A stretch of DNA of 63,114 nt, counting the filler, from Craspedostauros australis (taxonomy: Eukaryota), in assembly GCA_030167865.1 (NCBI GenBank). It is 10 parts of 10 records of this genome, joined end to end, with 100 filler letters (N's around TTAATTAATTAA, not from the genome) between each part and the next. Parts side by side here need not be neighbours in the genome. Positions count along the whole stretch, not along the records: positions 32,570 to 38,657 come from JALAGF010004806.1; positions 38,758 to 44,045 come from JALAGF010004807.1; 8 more parts are not named here. One strand, given 5' to 3'. The notes under the pieces were generated by a model. That model did no database searches. It was not told the DNA's origin and was given only the letters and a program-made list of their open reading frames with translations. The translations under genes were made by a program, and so were the position numbers. Shown piece after piece: positions 33,290 through 44,145 of this stretch; the first letter of the stretch is position 1; every line of letters starts with the position of its first letter.

Positions 33290-35850
33290 TTCCACATTCC
33301 AGGAAATTTTGGGCAACGACGTCATCAAGTCCATGGATGTGGCAGATGAATGCCAAAATGTTGATCGGGCGCACTTCGTCGCGCAAAGCCAACTTCGAGT
33401 GGCGCACAGCGATCAGCCTATTCAAGAGGGTTACGTCCACTCCTCAGCCCCACACATGTACAACTTCATCATGGAGCTGTTCGACTTTCATCCCAACACT
33501 CTGCTCAAGGTACTCGATGCAGGTTCCAGAACAGGATATCTGATGTGTCTCATGGTGTCCCTCTTTGGGCCTTGCTCGGCACAATATGGTAAGTGATGGT
33601 TGTGATTCGTCGCTCTGCTCTGACATGCTTTGAAATGATGTGAGCAGGTGGATCTTTCGCTCATGCACGCCTGAATGTATGGGCTCATGCCTGAATTCGT
33701 TCTCTCTTCTTTCTCTTCCTGTCTGAGCAACATGTTGAGATGGTGCAGTTCTTGAGCCGCACACCTGCTAATCACACCGGACACTAGTTGTCATATGATC
33801 GGCACCAAGTTCCCTTGCTGCACAACTATGTTCCTATCGCTTCTCGCATCTAACTGTTTCTCGCCACGTCTCCTCCTCAATTCATAACACGTCCCCTACC
33901 TGGTGCTCCATTCCGCCACCAAATCAAATGCCATGCATTGAGCTTCAACAAGAGGTGGTTCAGCGTTGCCACGAGTCATTGCAAAGATGGACGCCAAATA
34001 ATCTTGGAGCGCAGAAGATTGATGACATTCATGTCATCCAGGCAACGCCCTGGAAATAGCCGCAGACAAAGGAGAGGCCCCATTTGTGTTTGACCGGATC
34101 TACACCGGGCTGGTATCAATATCGCGTGCATATTGAAAATACAGAATCTCCTCAAACCAGAGACGGTATCTTCATCGCACCAGGTAGGTGCCATGCGGCG
34201 ACGCTCATGACAAACGGTCTGTTGATAATCGCCCACAACCTTCACCGCCATCCGTTCACCTGTTCAAGCCAGCACAGCCCTTTGACGGTCCATTGCTGTT
34301 AATATGCAATGGGCCTGTTGCTCGTCGCCCACTGTGCAATTATTGGAGATCTTTTTGCTCTGTTGCTTGTGCGAAGCGAACAGTGGACTGCTGTGCGCTG
34401 CGCCGCAATGCCAACGCCAATTCACCACGATGCGATAGAATCTGACGCCTTGGTACCCACCCCTTGCTCTTCATCGTTGCATTGCAAATGAACAACAAAC
34501 GAACACATACTTTCGCATCATCCGAATCGATGCAACAATTTGAGTGGATGATGAATTCATCATGGTGTCGCGGAGGGACAGCCGTGCGGATCCATCTTCG
34601 GTGATCTCGCCAAAGACTCAAGATTTCGCAAACACTCTTGAATCCTCAGTCCGTTTCAGCGGAATGGTGGAAGATGCCGATGGCACAAATGAAGTTGTCA
34701 TCTTCAGTCGAATATGGAGCCGTCCTTGCCCGCCACTACCCTGATAGCTTCCGAGAGTCGTTCAAATATCTCATGATGTGTGCCAATGCCAACGTCGTGC
34801 AGCCAATCGTGCCACAACCAGCACATCATGCCAACATTGCGGCTGCCCTCCCCAAGGTCTCATGGATGGAAATCGCGTCCCACACACCCAAAGATTGTAA
34901 GTTGAGATCCAGAGAGATTCCAATTCTGTTTCAGATGCCACTGCCTTGCCATCGCTGAGATTGCCTTTATTGCGTGAAGTGGGGCGATTCGAGATGTCGA
35001 CTGAACTCCCATTCTATTTTCAAGATCTTGGCACTCTTCCATTCACTTCTTCAGTTGTGCCGCATGTACCCTCGCTTTCCTTTCTCACAAATCTCCCATG
35101 ACTCAACTGCACAACTGCACAACTCCCCTGTCATGGGTTCCAAACACCTCATACCGAGGTTGAGATCCTCAAGCGGAGACTGAAGGAAACACAGCAGGAG
35201 GACCATGAGGCCAATGAGGCCCGTCCAGCAGCCAAAGTGAGGTATTGTATGGTCGCGCAAGATCGGGATGTTCATCGACTGCTCGCTCGCGCTTCCAGTT
35301 CGCTTCAAGCTGAATCAGATCCAATCTCTCGCGACGAGGTCGCCAGCAAGGAACCATGTCGGATATTCTGGACTACTGAGAGGTCGATTCACTCTTCGCA
35401 GATCAACGCATGATCATCTTGATGCCAGAATGTCCAACCAATCCAGAGATTACGACATCGACGCGGACAGCTGCGGAGAGGAGGAAGACGATGACATCAG
35501 TGACAATGCGGGCAAACAAAACCTTTCGGGCGACATCGCCAATGTTGACATTGACGATGACGAAAGTCATGTTGACAATGGAGATGGCAGAAGCTTGCAG
35601 GACGGAAGTGAGATGGATCAGGGATCCACATGAAATGGTCATGAACGAAGTAAGCATGGAGGCCAACGACGACAACAGCGACGACAACAGCAGTAACACG
35701 GAATTTTTCGATCCATGTGAGCACATGTCCAACAATGATCTTTTCACATCCGGTGCGCCGATCAGCACATCTCAGAAATTGCAGACACAAGAGCAGGTAC
35801 AACAAGGCATGGCAGGTTCCCCAAGCACGCTGAGATCCATCGCACATCGT
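33290..35850 (+). pseudogene. Protein-L-isoaspartate O-methyltransferase (PCMT)-domain gene, intron-containing and disrupted; ends approximate
   Basis: VDRAHFV..SAPHMY..VLDAGSRTGYL..GP; GTAAGT donor ~33590; IELQQEVV..GNALEI..FDRIY..KPDGIFIAP; VDDEFIMV..SVRF..WMEIASHT; frameshifts between blocks; acidic tail. Confidence 0.65.
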
Positions 35851-36393
35851 CACCAAACAAGAGCGTCGTCGTTCTGCGGAGAGAATGGATGAGAGGAGAA
35901 TTCCACTTCCCTGCCGCACACACAGGTGTGTGTGTACTCGCACGAACACATGCTGGCACACAAACACTAAAGAACAGACGGAGGACAGAAAGGCCAACAA
36001 CAAGAAGATATCTCGATCACATCGCATCACAACATGTCGATGTGGTCCGGAAGCGCCATCAAGAGAATGAATTAAGAGTACATCTTTACATGTTTCTATA
36101 CGGTCGTGGAACAATCGTTTGCATCCTGTGCTGCGCTGCGCCGCGCCTTGCCAGTTGTGCGTTCTCGTACTTCCATGTGCTAGTATCGTATAATATGGTA
36201 CCTTTGCCCATGACTTCAAGGGAGCATATCCGAAGATGAACCACACAACCTGACTGCAGTCTCAACCACTCCGTCCAGACGTTCATACGAGTGCACTTGC
36301 GTTCTCGTTGTTCAACTCGTCGAGTATTCTAAACTTGTCCTGTCCGAGGCCAGCTCATCGAGGAAGCGTTATGTGCGAACTAAAACGAAGACT

Positions 36394-36637
36394 CGGTGAT
36401 GCCATGCTTGGCTACCTGGAACGTCTGTGTCTGCAGGAGGGGGCGTCCTGCATCTTCGTTCTCAGCGCGCAGACGACGGAATGGTTCATCGAATGTGGAC
36501 TTGACGAGGTCGATGTCAGCTGGCTGTCACCCAGCCATCACACCGCGTACGATACCAAGCGCAACAACATGATTTGCCTGAAGAAGATCACCAACGTTCA
36601 TCATCTGGATGCCTCCGAAATGTGGTGGAATAGATAG
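36394..36637 (+). pseudogene. argA: Isolated C-terminal GNAT fragment of N-acetylglutamate synthase (ArgA-type)
   Basis: GDAMLGYLERLC..IFVLSAQTTEWFIECG..RNNMICLKKI..LDASEMWWNR; no upstream kinase-like domain recognisable. Confidence 0.7.
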
Positions 36638-37361
36638 CTTACACAAGAAAGGCACAGTGGATACAATGGGCACAATGCACAGTCGTATGTATCGTATTAT
36701 AGGAGCTGCACTGGCACATCACAACATAGCATAGTATAGCATACGAGCATTGTATGGTGTGTATTCGTTGCGCTCTACTCTACTCTGCTCTGCTCTACCA
36801 ATACATGACGATTGTGCCAGTGGCCATGCCGCTGACAGGGCACGAGCAGAGATGAATGATCATAGGATGCATCGTTGGTGCTCCAGTGACGAGTACAGAC
36901 ACGTGGACTTGATCGCAGCAAAGATCGCGAGGGTTGCACATGTGTGATGAAAAGGAAGTGGAGTACTGGCATGGTACAATGTGGTAAAGATGTACGAGTG
37001 CGGTACCAACCAAGAGGAGCCTTTGCCATTCGATTGGTTTGTGCGACACACACCGATTGTGCTGGCACTCCGATCGACGCAGTTGAGGCCTTGGAGCGTT
37101 TGTTGTGTGTGGTTCGGCTGGAATTTTTCCGATCAGAGCGGCACGACACAACGCGATGGCTTCACAATGCGCGCACCATTCACGACACAAAAATAACGGT
37201 CTGCGTCACAAAATCACATCACTCATCACAAAACACAAAACAAACATCACACACCACACATCACATCACAATCCTCCATGCCATCAAACAGATGATGCGC
37301 ACACAGGCACTCCAATCACAGGTGTGCCTATAACATATAATACTACTACTTCAATTTGCAG

Positions 37362-38657
37362 CTACACCTCTGCTGTGTTGGTATCCTCCTCTGCTTTGCT
37401 GTGATGCTCGTCCTTGCCAGCGAACATGGCCACGTCGAATGTGTTCATGGTGGGTGCTGCTTTGGCTTTGCTATTGCTGTTGCGAGGCTCAATGATCTCG
37501 GCTTTGCTCTTGCTGGGCGTCTTCTTCTTCTTGCCTTTCTTCTGGTGTTCAGCCTCCTCATTGGCTTTGGTGGTCGCGACGATTTGCTTCTCCAGCAACG
37601 GAATGAGGCTGCTGGTTGTTGGCAGGTTCGTTTTCAGGCACTGCAGACCACTGACAGCCATCACCTTGAGGGCATCATCGTACATACCTTTGATGTCGGG
37701 CTTGGCGTATTTGAAGCCAGCTGATTTTTCTTTCTTGCCTGTTGCAGTTGGTTTCTTGGTGGTCGTGTTGGTTGCCTCATCCTCCTCCTCCTCCTCCAAC
37801 ACGAAGTCCATGTGAGACACAGTCACACCGATCTCGTTGCCGTCCTTGTCAGTTTCGGTGAACAATTGTTTCCGCACATTCATGCTGAGGCCCTTGCGCT
37901 CCGTCACAAATTCGTCACCTCCTTCCGCAGCACAAATTGCGTAGGCAATCTGATGGTGGTGAACATACACACGCGCCATCTTGTCCAGCCCAAATTGCTC
38001 CCAACAGGTTCCACAAGCACCCCACAACGCATCAGTGGTGAACATGCGACTCCCGTGGTGCTTACCTTGATGTGCTGACACGTGTTTCGACATCGCTGGG
38101 AATATCGCATCGTCTTCCACATTCGTGATGGGAGAATTTGATGGTTGAAATCGTAGATGCCATCCGCGACTGTCGAACTCCTCGTTGATGAGCCTGAGTA
38201 GTTCCGTGGCTCTGTGTGGCCCCGCGCCATCCATCTGGTACCGAATCACCACGTTTTTTCCCGTTTTGGTCCTGATCTTGTTGGCGAGCGAATCCAGTGC
38301 AGGAATTTCTTTTTCGCGGAAGAATTTCTTGAGGCTGTATTTCGGCTTGGGCTTATCAAGACGACCATCTGTTTCCTTGCTGCCTGTGATCTCCAGTGCT
38401 TGGAAGTACAGTTCANNNNNNNNNNNNNNNNNNNNNNNNNNNNNNNNNNNNNNNNNNNNNNNNNNNNNNNNNNNNNNNNNNNNNNNNNNNNNNNNNNNNN
38501 NNNNNNNNNNNNNNNNCCCAACACGTTCAAAGCTGACACGATACGCCTTTCCTCCTCGATCAAAGCGGTTGTCTGTTGGAGCGAACGCTGTTGATGCAAT
38601 CGCCATGGTCTTTTCAATGTGGCACTTGTGGTGCACAGCATGGTCAACAGGCTTAAC
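37362..38657 (-). CDS. Tc1/mariner-superfamily transposase, C-terminal part
   Basis: HKCHIEKTM..YQMDGAGPH..QPSNSPITNVEDDAIF..GGDEF, resembling DD39D-type mariner motifs. Confidence 0.8.
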   Translation of the reverse strand, partial: VKPVDHAVHHKCHIEKTMAIASTAFAPTDNRFDRGGKAYRVSFERVGXXXXXXXXXXXXXXXXXXXXXXXXXXXXXXXXXXELYFQALEITGSKETDGRLDKPKPKYSLKKFFREKEIPALDSLANKIRTKTGKNVVIRYQMDGAGPHRATELLRLINEEFDSRGWHLRFQPSNSPITNVEDDAIFPAMSKHVSAHQGKHHGSRMFTTDALWGACGTCWEQFGLDKMARVYVHHHQIAYAICAAEGGDEFVTERKGLSMNVRKQLFTETDKDGNEIGVTVSHMDFVLEEEEEDEATNTTTKKPTATGKKEKSAGFKYAKPDIKGMYDDALKVMAVSGLQCLKTNLPTTSSLIPLLEKQIVATTKANEEAEHQKKGKKKKTPSKSKAEIIEPRNSNSKAKAAPTMNTFDVAMFAGKDEHHSKAEEDTNTAEV

Positions 38658-38757
38658 NNNNNNNNNNNNNNNNNNNNNNNNNNNNNNNNNNNNNNNNNNN
38701 NTTAATTAATTAANNNNNNNNNNNNNNNNNNNNNNNNNNNNNNNNNNNNNNNNNNNN
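38658..38757. other. Artificial contig linker
   Basis: N44-TTAATTAATTAA-N44. Confidence 0.97.
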
Positions 38758-38850
38758 GAAGATTTCGCGCCAAAACAAGAATTTCTCCCATCGGGTTGAT
38801 ACCGTGTTCGGTAATGGTCTGTCCCTCATTGAATCTCAACTCTCCCTCTC
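38758..38850 (-). repeat. PPT (GAGAGGGAGAG, 38840-38850) and start of 3' LTR (TGAGATT.. from 38838)
   Basis: Purine tract then TG, ~75 nt after the pol stop. Confidence 0.75.
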
Positions 38851-38924
38851 AGTGTTGGGTCGTGATTGGAGTTGTGGTATCGATGAAAACTTCATCCTTC
38901 GTTGTTGTTTGTTATTGTTGGTTG

Positions 38925-41900
38925 TTACCAACCCATGATCTTGAATCGCAGGTATTCGAAGACTGCGATGGACAATCCTTTGGTGAAGATGTCGGCCAGT
39001 TGCTCCGGTGTTGCGATGTGCTGGATGTAAATGAACCCTGCCTTGACCCAGTACCAAAAGAAGTGCCACTTAGTCAGGAAGTGCTTGGTGCGCGCGGTTG
39101 GTTGATGATTGGTAGCAAGGGAAATGCAGGCTTGGTTGTCCTCAAACACTGTGCACTGGAGGTTGGTGTGCAGCAGCATGTTAGTGCCGGCGTTGTTGAT
39201 GACTTGGCGGATGAGCTGTTGGATGGGAATCAGCGTGCGCATTGCCAGAGAGAGAGCGGCGTACTCGGACTCCATCGTAGATAGAGCAATCTCAGTTTGG
39301 AGTTTGGACTTCCAAATAAGGGGACACCCTCCCAATGTGATGAGGTAACCAGTGCGCGACTTGACGGAGACGGGGTCCTTGCTGTCTTCTCGTCCGTAGA
39401 GTCCTGCGAAGTCTGCATCCACGTAGCACTTGAGGTCAAGCTGCCCGGTGGGACGCACGATAGTACCCTTGTCCTCAGTGTGCTTGAGGTAGCGCATGAT
39501 GCGCTTGATGGCCTTGGCATGTGAGCGGCGAGGGTCGCTTCCGAAGCGAGCGACTTGGGAGACTGCGAATGCCAGGTCGGGGCGAGTGTTCGTCGTGAGA
39601 TACAACAGCATGCCGACGACGGAGCGGTAGTTCCATGGTTCGTTCATGGGAGGCTCATGCTTGCACTGTCCCAGTGCGAGCTGCGTAGTTGGTACGGGGC
39701 ACGGACTGCAGTTCGCCATTTTCGTAGTGGCGAGGATCTTCTTGATTAATCCTGGCTGGCGGAGATGGACCGTGTCTGCTTTTGGATCACGGCTGAGCTC
39801 GATTCCCAGGAACTCGTTAAAGCTTCCTTCTTGGGTGAGCTCGAAACCGAGGTCACGCATTGACTTGATGAAATTGTCGGCGGCTTGCTTGGTCTTGGAG
39901 GCGATGCCCGCATCGTCAACGTAGAGGACGATCATGATGTCCTTCTTGATGAACAAACACTGCTCTTGGTCGCAGGCCTTGAAGCCGATCGTAGTGAGGG
40001 CTCGGATAAGGTGTTCATACCAGAGGCGAGGAGCAATCGTCAAGCCGTACAGGCTCTTGCGGAGCTTGAGGCAGGTGTCGGGACCCTTCGTTGATTTGAA
40101 TCCGCGAGGGAGATGAAGGTAGACGGGCTTGTGGATGGATGCTTGCACGAAAGCGTTCGTGAAGTCAATGGAAGTTGTTGTCCAGCCCATGACGATGGAG
40201 GTGCTGAGGAAGATGCGAACGGATGACCATGCAACGACTGGTGCGTAGGTGGAGGCGTCCTCATGCATGAGGTCTCCACGGCAACACCAGCGTCCCTTGT
40301 ATTTCTTGATGGTTCCGTCGGGAAGGCGCTTGCGACGAAAGACCCAGGTTCCTGGAAAGATGCGATCGTTGACGACGTCGATCTTCTTCACTTCCTCCCA
40401 CGTGCCCTTTTCCGTGAGATCTCGAATCTCCTTTTCGGCGGCTTGCATCCACTCGTCCTTATTGTCGTCGCGAATGGCTTCGTCGAAGGAGAGGGTGTCT
40501 GGGTCGGTGTTGGATGCCTTGTACACCGAGGTGCGTTCGGTGATATCCAAGTCGCCACCTGCGGCGAAGTAGCTCATCATGCGATTATCGACGTAGGTGG
40601 GGTAGTTTGTTGCGTCCTTCTGTGGCTCGATGATTGCGACAGAGTAGGCATGCTGTTCGATGTTCGCCCATGTGGTTGGTGGAATACACTTCGCTGTGTC
40701 GAGGATGAATGACGGATTGATGTCGAGCGTGGATGACGAGTCGATGTCGAGCATGGATCCTTGATTAGCAGAGCGAGTCGCTGGGGCCGAAGTGAGTGGC
40801 GCCGTGTTCGACTCAATCATGCCTTGGACGAATTGCTCAATCTCATATTCGCTTGGACGTAGCCACGGTCCTGGTCGGATCGTCGTTACTTGGCGACGGA
40901 GTAGCTCGAATGCAAGTCGGTAGTGATGATTTTCGATCATCGCGTTCCACACGGAGCGAGTTCTTTGGACGAACGCTTCTGCGCTGTACGCAGATTTGGG
41001 TGGAAGGTACCCTTGGTTCATCAAGTGCTCGGGATCTTGGTAGTACCATGGCCCCGATTTGGCCTTGGACATGAAGTCGAGAGCGTCGAAGCGGGGTTCC
41101 ATCGTGCCTGTGCTGATGAAGGTACTCAGCTTCTCCACAAACTGCTCGACGGCGTGGTCAGTGGCCAGTCGGAGAAGGTCTTCGTTGAGAAAGACGCTGT
41201 TGAGGTCTTTCTCGAAGTGATCTTCCATGTCCGAGTGGAAGTTGTTGTACGTCTCCTGAAAAGGAGTCGCGCCTTCCTCGGTCATGTCGTCGGGGTCCGG
41301 TTGCCACCAATCGGCCATGTTGATGCTTGCTTCTTCTACTTCAGCCGCCTTTGGGGCGAACGTTGGAAGTACGACGTTGGTTGGCTGTGGATTCAAAGTG
41401 TTGAATCGACCTCGAAGTCTGCGCAACAAGTAGTGGGCGTCCACCTTAAATTGGTGTAGATCGATGGAGAGAGAGTCGCTGCCTTTGCGTTGGAGAGGTT
41501 CGATTGTGTGTAGGCAATCGACAACAGCTTGTGAGAATGTAATGATTGATGACGAGTCGGGGTGCAATTCCCTGGGTTTTGCGGCCTGTTCGATTTCTTC
41601 CAAGGTAGCTACTGCGGGGCAGAAGTAGTAATCATCGGTGCCTTCGTCGTCCAACCAGGCTGCTTTGCCTCCCATACGCGCGTACGTGAATCGCTTTGGT
41701 TGTTTGCGATTTCTCGTGCTTCGAAGCCTTGTTGGCGTTGGCTCAGACTTAGGCATCGTGGGTGGCGTGGAGCTGGTATCAATTTGCGTCGGAGTTGGAA
41801 GTGGTAATGGAGTTGCCGGTTCTGAAATTGGCGACTCTTGGAGAGGTGAACTCGATTGCGGTTGAAGTGTTCGCTGGTCCGATGATTCTATAGTAGGATC

Positions 41901-43994
41901 AGATACCGGGGACTCATAGGTAGCTCCCTCTGTCGAAGACATTTGCCTGTCGGCTCCCTCTGAGACTGGAATCGGAGGGGCGAGAGCTTCACTCATGAGA
42001 TCGGGTATCTGTTGCGTCGTTGGTTGCGACTCTTTCGCCAATACCTGTGGCGCTCTTTCACGGATGGTTTGTTGGTTTCGCGTATCAATTCTCGGTGGTT
42101 GAGTATTATCGTCGTTGCGTTGTAACCGGTTGTGGTCTCGCGTGTCTGATGCGAAGATGTCGTCCTGCTCCATTGATTCCACATCGTCGTCATCGAATGG
42201 ATATTGNNNNNNNNNNNNACCAAACATGCGAGTCCATTCTTCCGATTGATAGCTTGGAAGTTGCTTCAAGTCGGTAGCAATCGTTGCGAACCAGTCATCG
42301 AACACGACATGGAACTGAGGGGTAATGGAACCTGTCCGTGGTGATAGGACTAGAGGTACGGTTGAAGCGTGCTTTGTAGAGAGACCCATGTTCACGTATC
42401 TCTCTCCTCTTGGTTCCCATCGGGGTATCTTGCGTCCATCGGCCAGTGCTTTGTTAAGGACATAGACTGGACTGCCCCATACGTGCAGGTTATGAAGTTG
42501 CTTGAGGGGAAGGCGGATGCGTGACAGAACATCATAAGGTGTGAGGCCAGTGGCGGGATTAGGCACGCGATTATAGATGTACGCGGCGTGTACGACGGCC
42601 ATTGGCCACAGTTGAGCGTCAAACATCGTTGGCCAGTGNATGCTTTGATGCATCATCATGGTTCGGGCCATTGAGACAATNGTTCGAATGCTTNGCTCGG
42701 CGATTCCATTGTGGTGATGTGCGCCGACACCTGCGAATCGATGGACTTGATGGAATATCTCAAGGTGTTTGGAGTATTCGGGCGAGGTGAAGGTGGTGGC
42801 GTTATTGGATAGATATGATCGTACGGGGACTCCAACATCACGACACATCAATTCGAACCGTTCCTTGGCTTCGAGGGTGGCGTGCGTAGTTAGCGCTGCC
42901 ACAGGTTCCACATGGATGTATCCTGATGCGTGATCGACGAAGATGGCTCCGCCTTTGTACATTTCGTTTGGATCGCCTTTGCCTCGTCCTGAGAAGAGGC
43001 GTCCTGGNGTTCGACCGACGAAGTGGTCCACTGATACTTGTTGTCCTGGGAACAAGTGATCGGTGCGCAAAACTCCTTGTTTGTCACGGACGACATGTTG
43101 AGTTATTCCTGGGGATGGGCGACGGTGCAGCTTTCCGAACTGGCATGCGGCGCAGAGCGGAAGGCTTGTGACCCTTGCCGCAGCTGTGTGCATCTTTCTA
43201 GATGATTCTGACCCAGTGAGCGTACCCGAACGCAGCAGGAACTTCACTCGACTGAAGGATAAGTGTCCGAGACGATAGTGCCACCGAAGAAGTTCTTTTT
43301 GCGGTTGAGTGAGGTTCACGTTGTGGTCGGACACGGTAGAGACGATGGACGTTAGTGCAGCTGGCACGTCATGGATGTTGTCGGCGCTGTAGCCCACTGA
43401 TGTTGGTAGCCTTGTGGATTTCTTGTAGTTCGCTACGATTGCATTGCGATCGTCGTTTCCCAGGATTCCGCTGAGTTTGCAGGAGGATTTGTCGAACACG
43501 ATTGTTTCGCCCTGGTACTCTTCAAGGAGACTGGAAGTGCTGATTAGCTTGACCTTTGATTCGGGAACATGGAAAGCAGGCAGTCGCAATTTGCGAGGGC
43601 TTCCAGTTACATCAAGGACATACCACTCGACAGTGCCCAACGCATTCACTTGGATTTTCTTGAGGAATCCGTTGAGAAAGGTCGGTCGTGGTGGAGGACT
43701 TGGAGTAGAACAGAAATTGTTGAGGTCATTTGTCACAGAAATTGATGCTCCGCTGTCCCATACAAGCTCAAATGGAGCATCGGGTGAGAGATAACTCTCA
43801 GCTTTAGCTGGAGATGCGAAAGCATTGCGATTGGAGAAGTAGGAAGCTAGACCTTGCAGAGTGAGTAGTGCTGGCATGTCATTGTCACATTGTTGCTTTT
43901 GATTTCGATCATACATCAAGTCAATTCCGCGAGTCGGGTACAGGCTCCAGAGATTTCGTGAGATGGATGAGGTGCGACCTTCTTGGCGGGGCAA
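38925..43994 (-). CDS. Ty1/Copia (CoDi-type) pol: protease, integrase, RT, RNase H; gag lost at contig end
   Basis: VWDSGAS; WHYRLGH..CAAC; VSVDH..HHNGIAE; WVFRRKR..KGRWCCRGD..DFTNAF..LYVDD; YVDADFAG..STMESEY..EDN..ADIFTKGL. Confidence 0.95.
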   Translation of the reverse strand: MPRQEGRTSSISRNLWSLYPTRGIDLMYDRNQKQQCDNDMPALLTLQGLASYFSNRNAFASPAKAESYLSPDAPFELVWDSGASISVTNDLNNFCSTPSPPPRPTFLNGFLKKIQVNALGTVEWYVLDVTGSPRKLRLPAFHVPESKVKLISTSSLLEEYQGETIVFDKSSCKLSGILGNDDRNAIVANYKKSTRLPTSVGYSADNIHDVPAALTSIVSTVSDHNVNLTQPQKELLRWHYRLGHLSFSRVKFLLRSGTLTGSESSRKMHTAAARVTSLPLCAACQFGKLHRRPSPGITQHVVRDKQGVLRTDHLFPGQQVSVDHFVGRXPGRLFSGRGKGDPNEMYKGGAIFVDHASGYIHVEPVAALTTHATLEAKERFELMCRDVGVPVRSYLSNNATTFTSPEYSKHLEIFHQVHRFAGVGAHHHNGIAEXSIRXIVSMARTMMMHQSXHWPTMFDAQLWPMAVVHAAYIYNRVPNPATGLTPYDVLSRIRLPLKQLHNLHVWGSPVYVLNKALADGRKIPRWEPRGERYVNMGLSTKHASTVPLVLSPRTGSITPQFHVVFDDWFATIATDLKQLPSYQSEEWTRMFGXXXXQYPFDDDDVESMEQDDIFASDTRDHNRLQRNDDNTQPPRIDTRNQQTIRERAPQVLAKESQPTTQQIPDLMSEALAPPIPVSEGADRQMSSTEGATYESPVSDPTIESSDQRTLQPQSSSPLQESPISEPATPLPLPTPTQIDTSSTPPTMPKSEPTPTRLRSTRNRKQPKRFTYARMGGKAAWLDDEGTDDYYFCPAVATLEEIEQAAKPRELHPDSSSIITFSQAVVDCLHTIEPLQRKGSDSLSIDLHQFKVDAHYLLRRLRGRFNTLNPQPTNVVLPTFAPKAAEVEEASINMADWWQPDPDDMTEEGATPFQETYNNFHSDMEDHFEKDLNSVFLNEDLLRLATDHAVEQFVEKLSTFISTGTMEPRFDALDFMSKAKSGPWYYQDPEHLMNQGYLPPKSAYSAEAFVQRTRSVWNAMIENHHYRLAFELLRRQVTTIRPGPWLRPSEYEIEQFVQGMIESNTAPLTSAPATRSANQGSMLDIDSSSTLDINPSFILDTAKCIPPTTWANIEQHAYSVAIIEPQKDATNYPTYVDNRMMSYFAAGGDLDITERTSVYKASNTDPDTLSFDEAIRDDNKDEWMQAAEKEIRDLTEKGTWEEVKKIDVVNDRIFPGTWVFRRKRLPDGTIKKYKGRWCCRGDLMHEDASTYAPVVAWSSVRIFLSTSIVMGWTTTSIDFTNAFVQASIHKPVYLHLPRGFKSTKGPDTCLKLRKSLYGLTIAPRLWYEHLIRALTTIGFKACDQEQCLFIKKDIMIVLYVDDAGIASKTKQAADNFIKSMRDLGFELTQEGSFNEFLGIELSRDPKADTVHLRQPGLIKKILATTKMANCSPCPVPTTQLALGQCKHEPPMNEPWNYRSVVGMLLYLTTNTRPDLAFAVSQVARFGSDPRRSHAKAIKRIMRYLKHTEDKGTIVRPTGQLDLKCYVDADFAGLYGREDSKDPVSVKSRTGYLITLGGCPLIWKSKLQTEIALSTMESEYAALSLAMRTLIPIQQLIRQVINNAGTNMLLHTNLQCTVFEDNQACISLATNHQPTARTKHFLTKWHFFWYWVKAGFIYIQHIATPEQLADIFTKGLSIAVFEYLRFKIMGW

Positions 43995-44045
43995 TTTTGC
44001 TGTCGTGAGTGTTTGGTTTTTACCATAAGTGGAATTTTTCGATTG

Positions 44046-44145
44046 NNNNNNNNNNNNNNNNNNNNNNNNNNNNNNNNNNNNNNNNNNNNTTAATTAATTA
44101 ANNNNNNNNNNNNNNNNNNNNNNNNNNNNNNNNNNNNNNNNNNNN
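44046..44145. other. Artificial contig linker
   Basis: N44-TTAATTAATTAA-N44. Confidence 0.97.
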
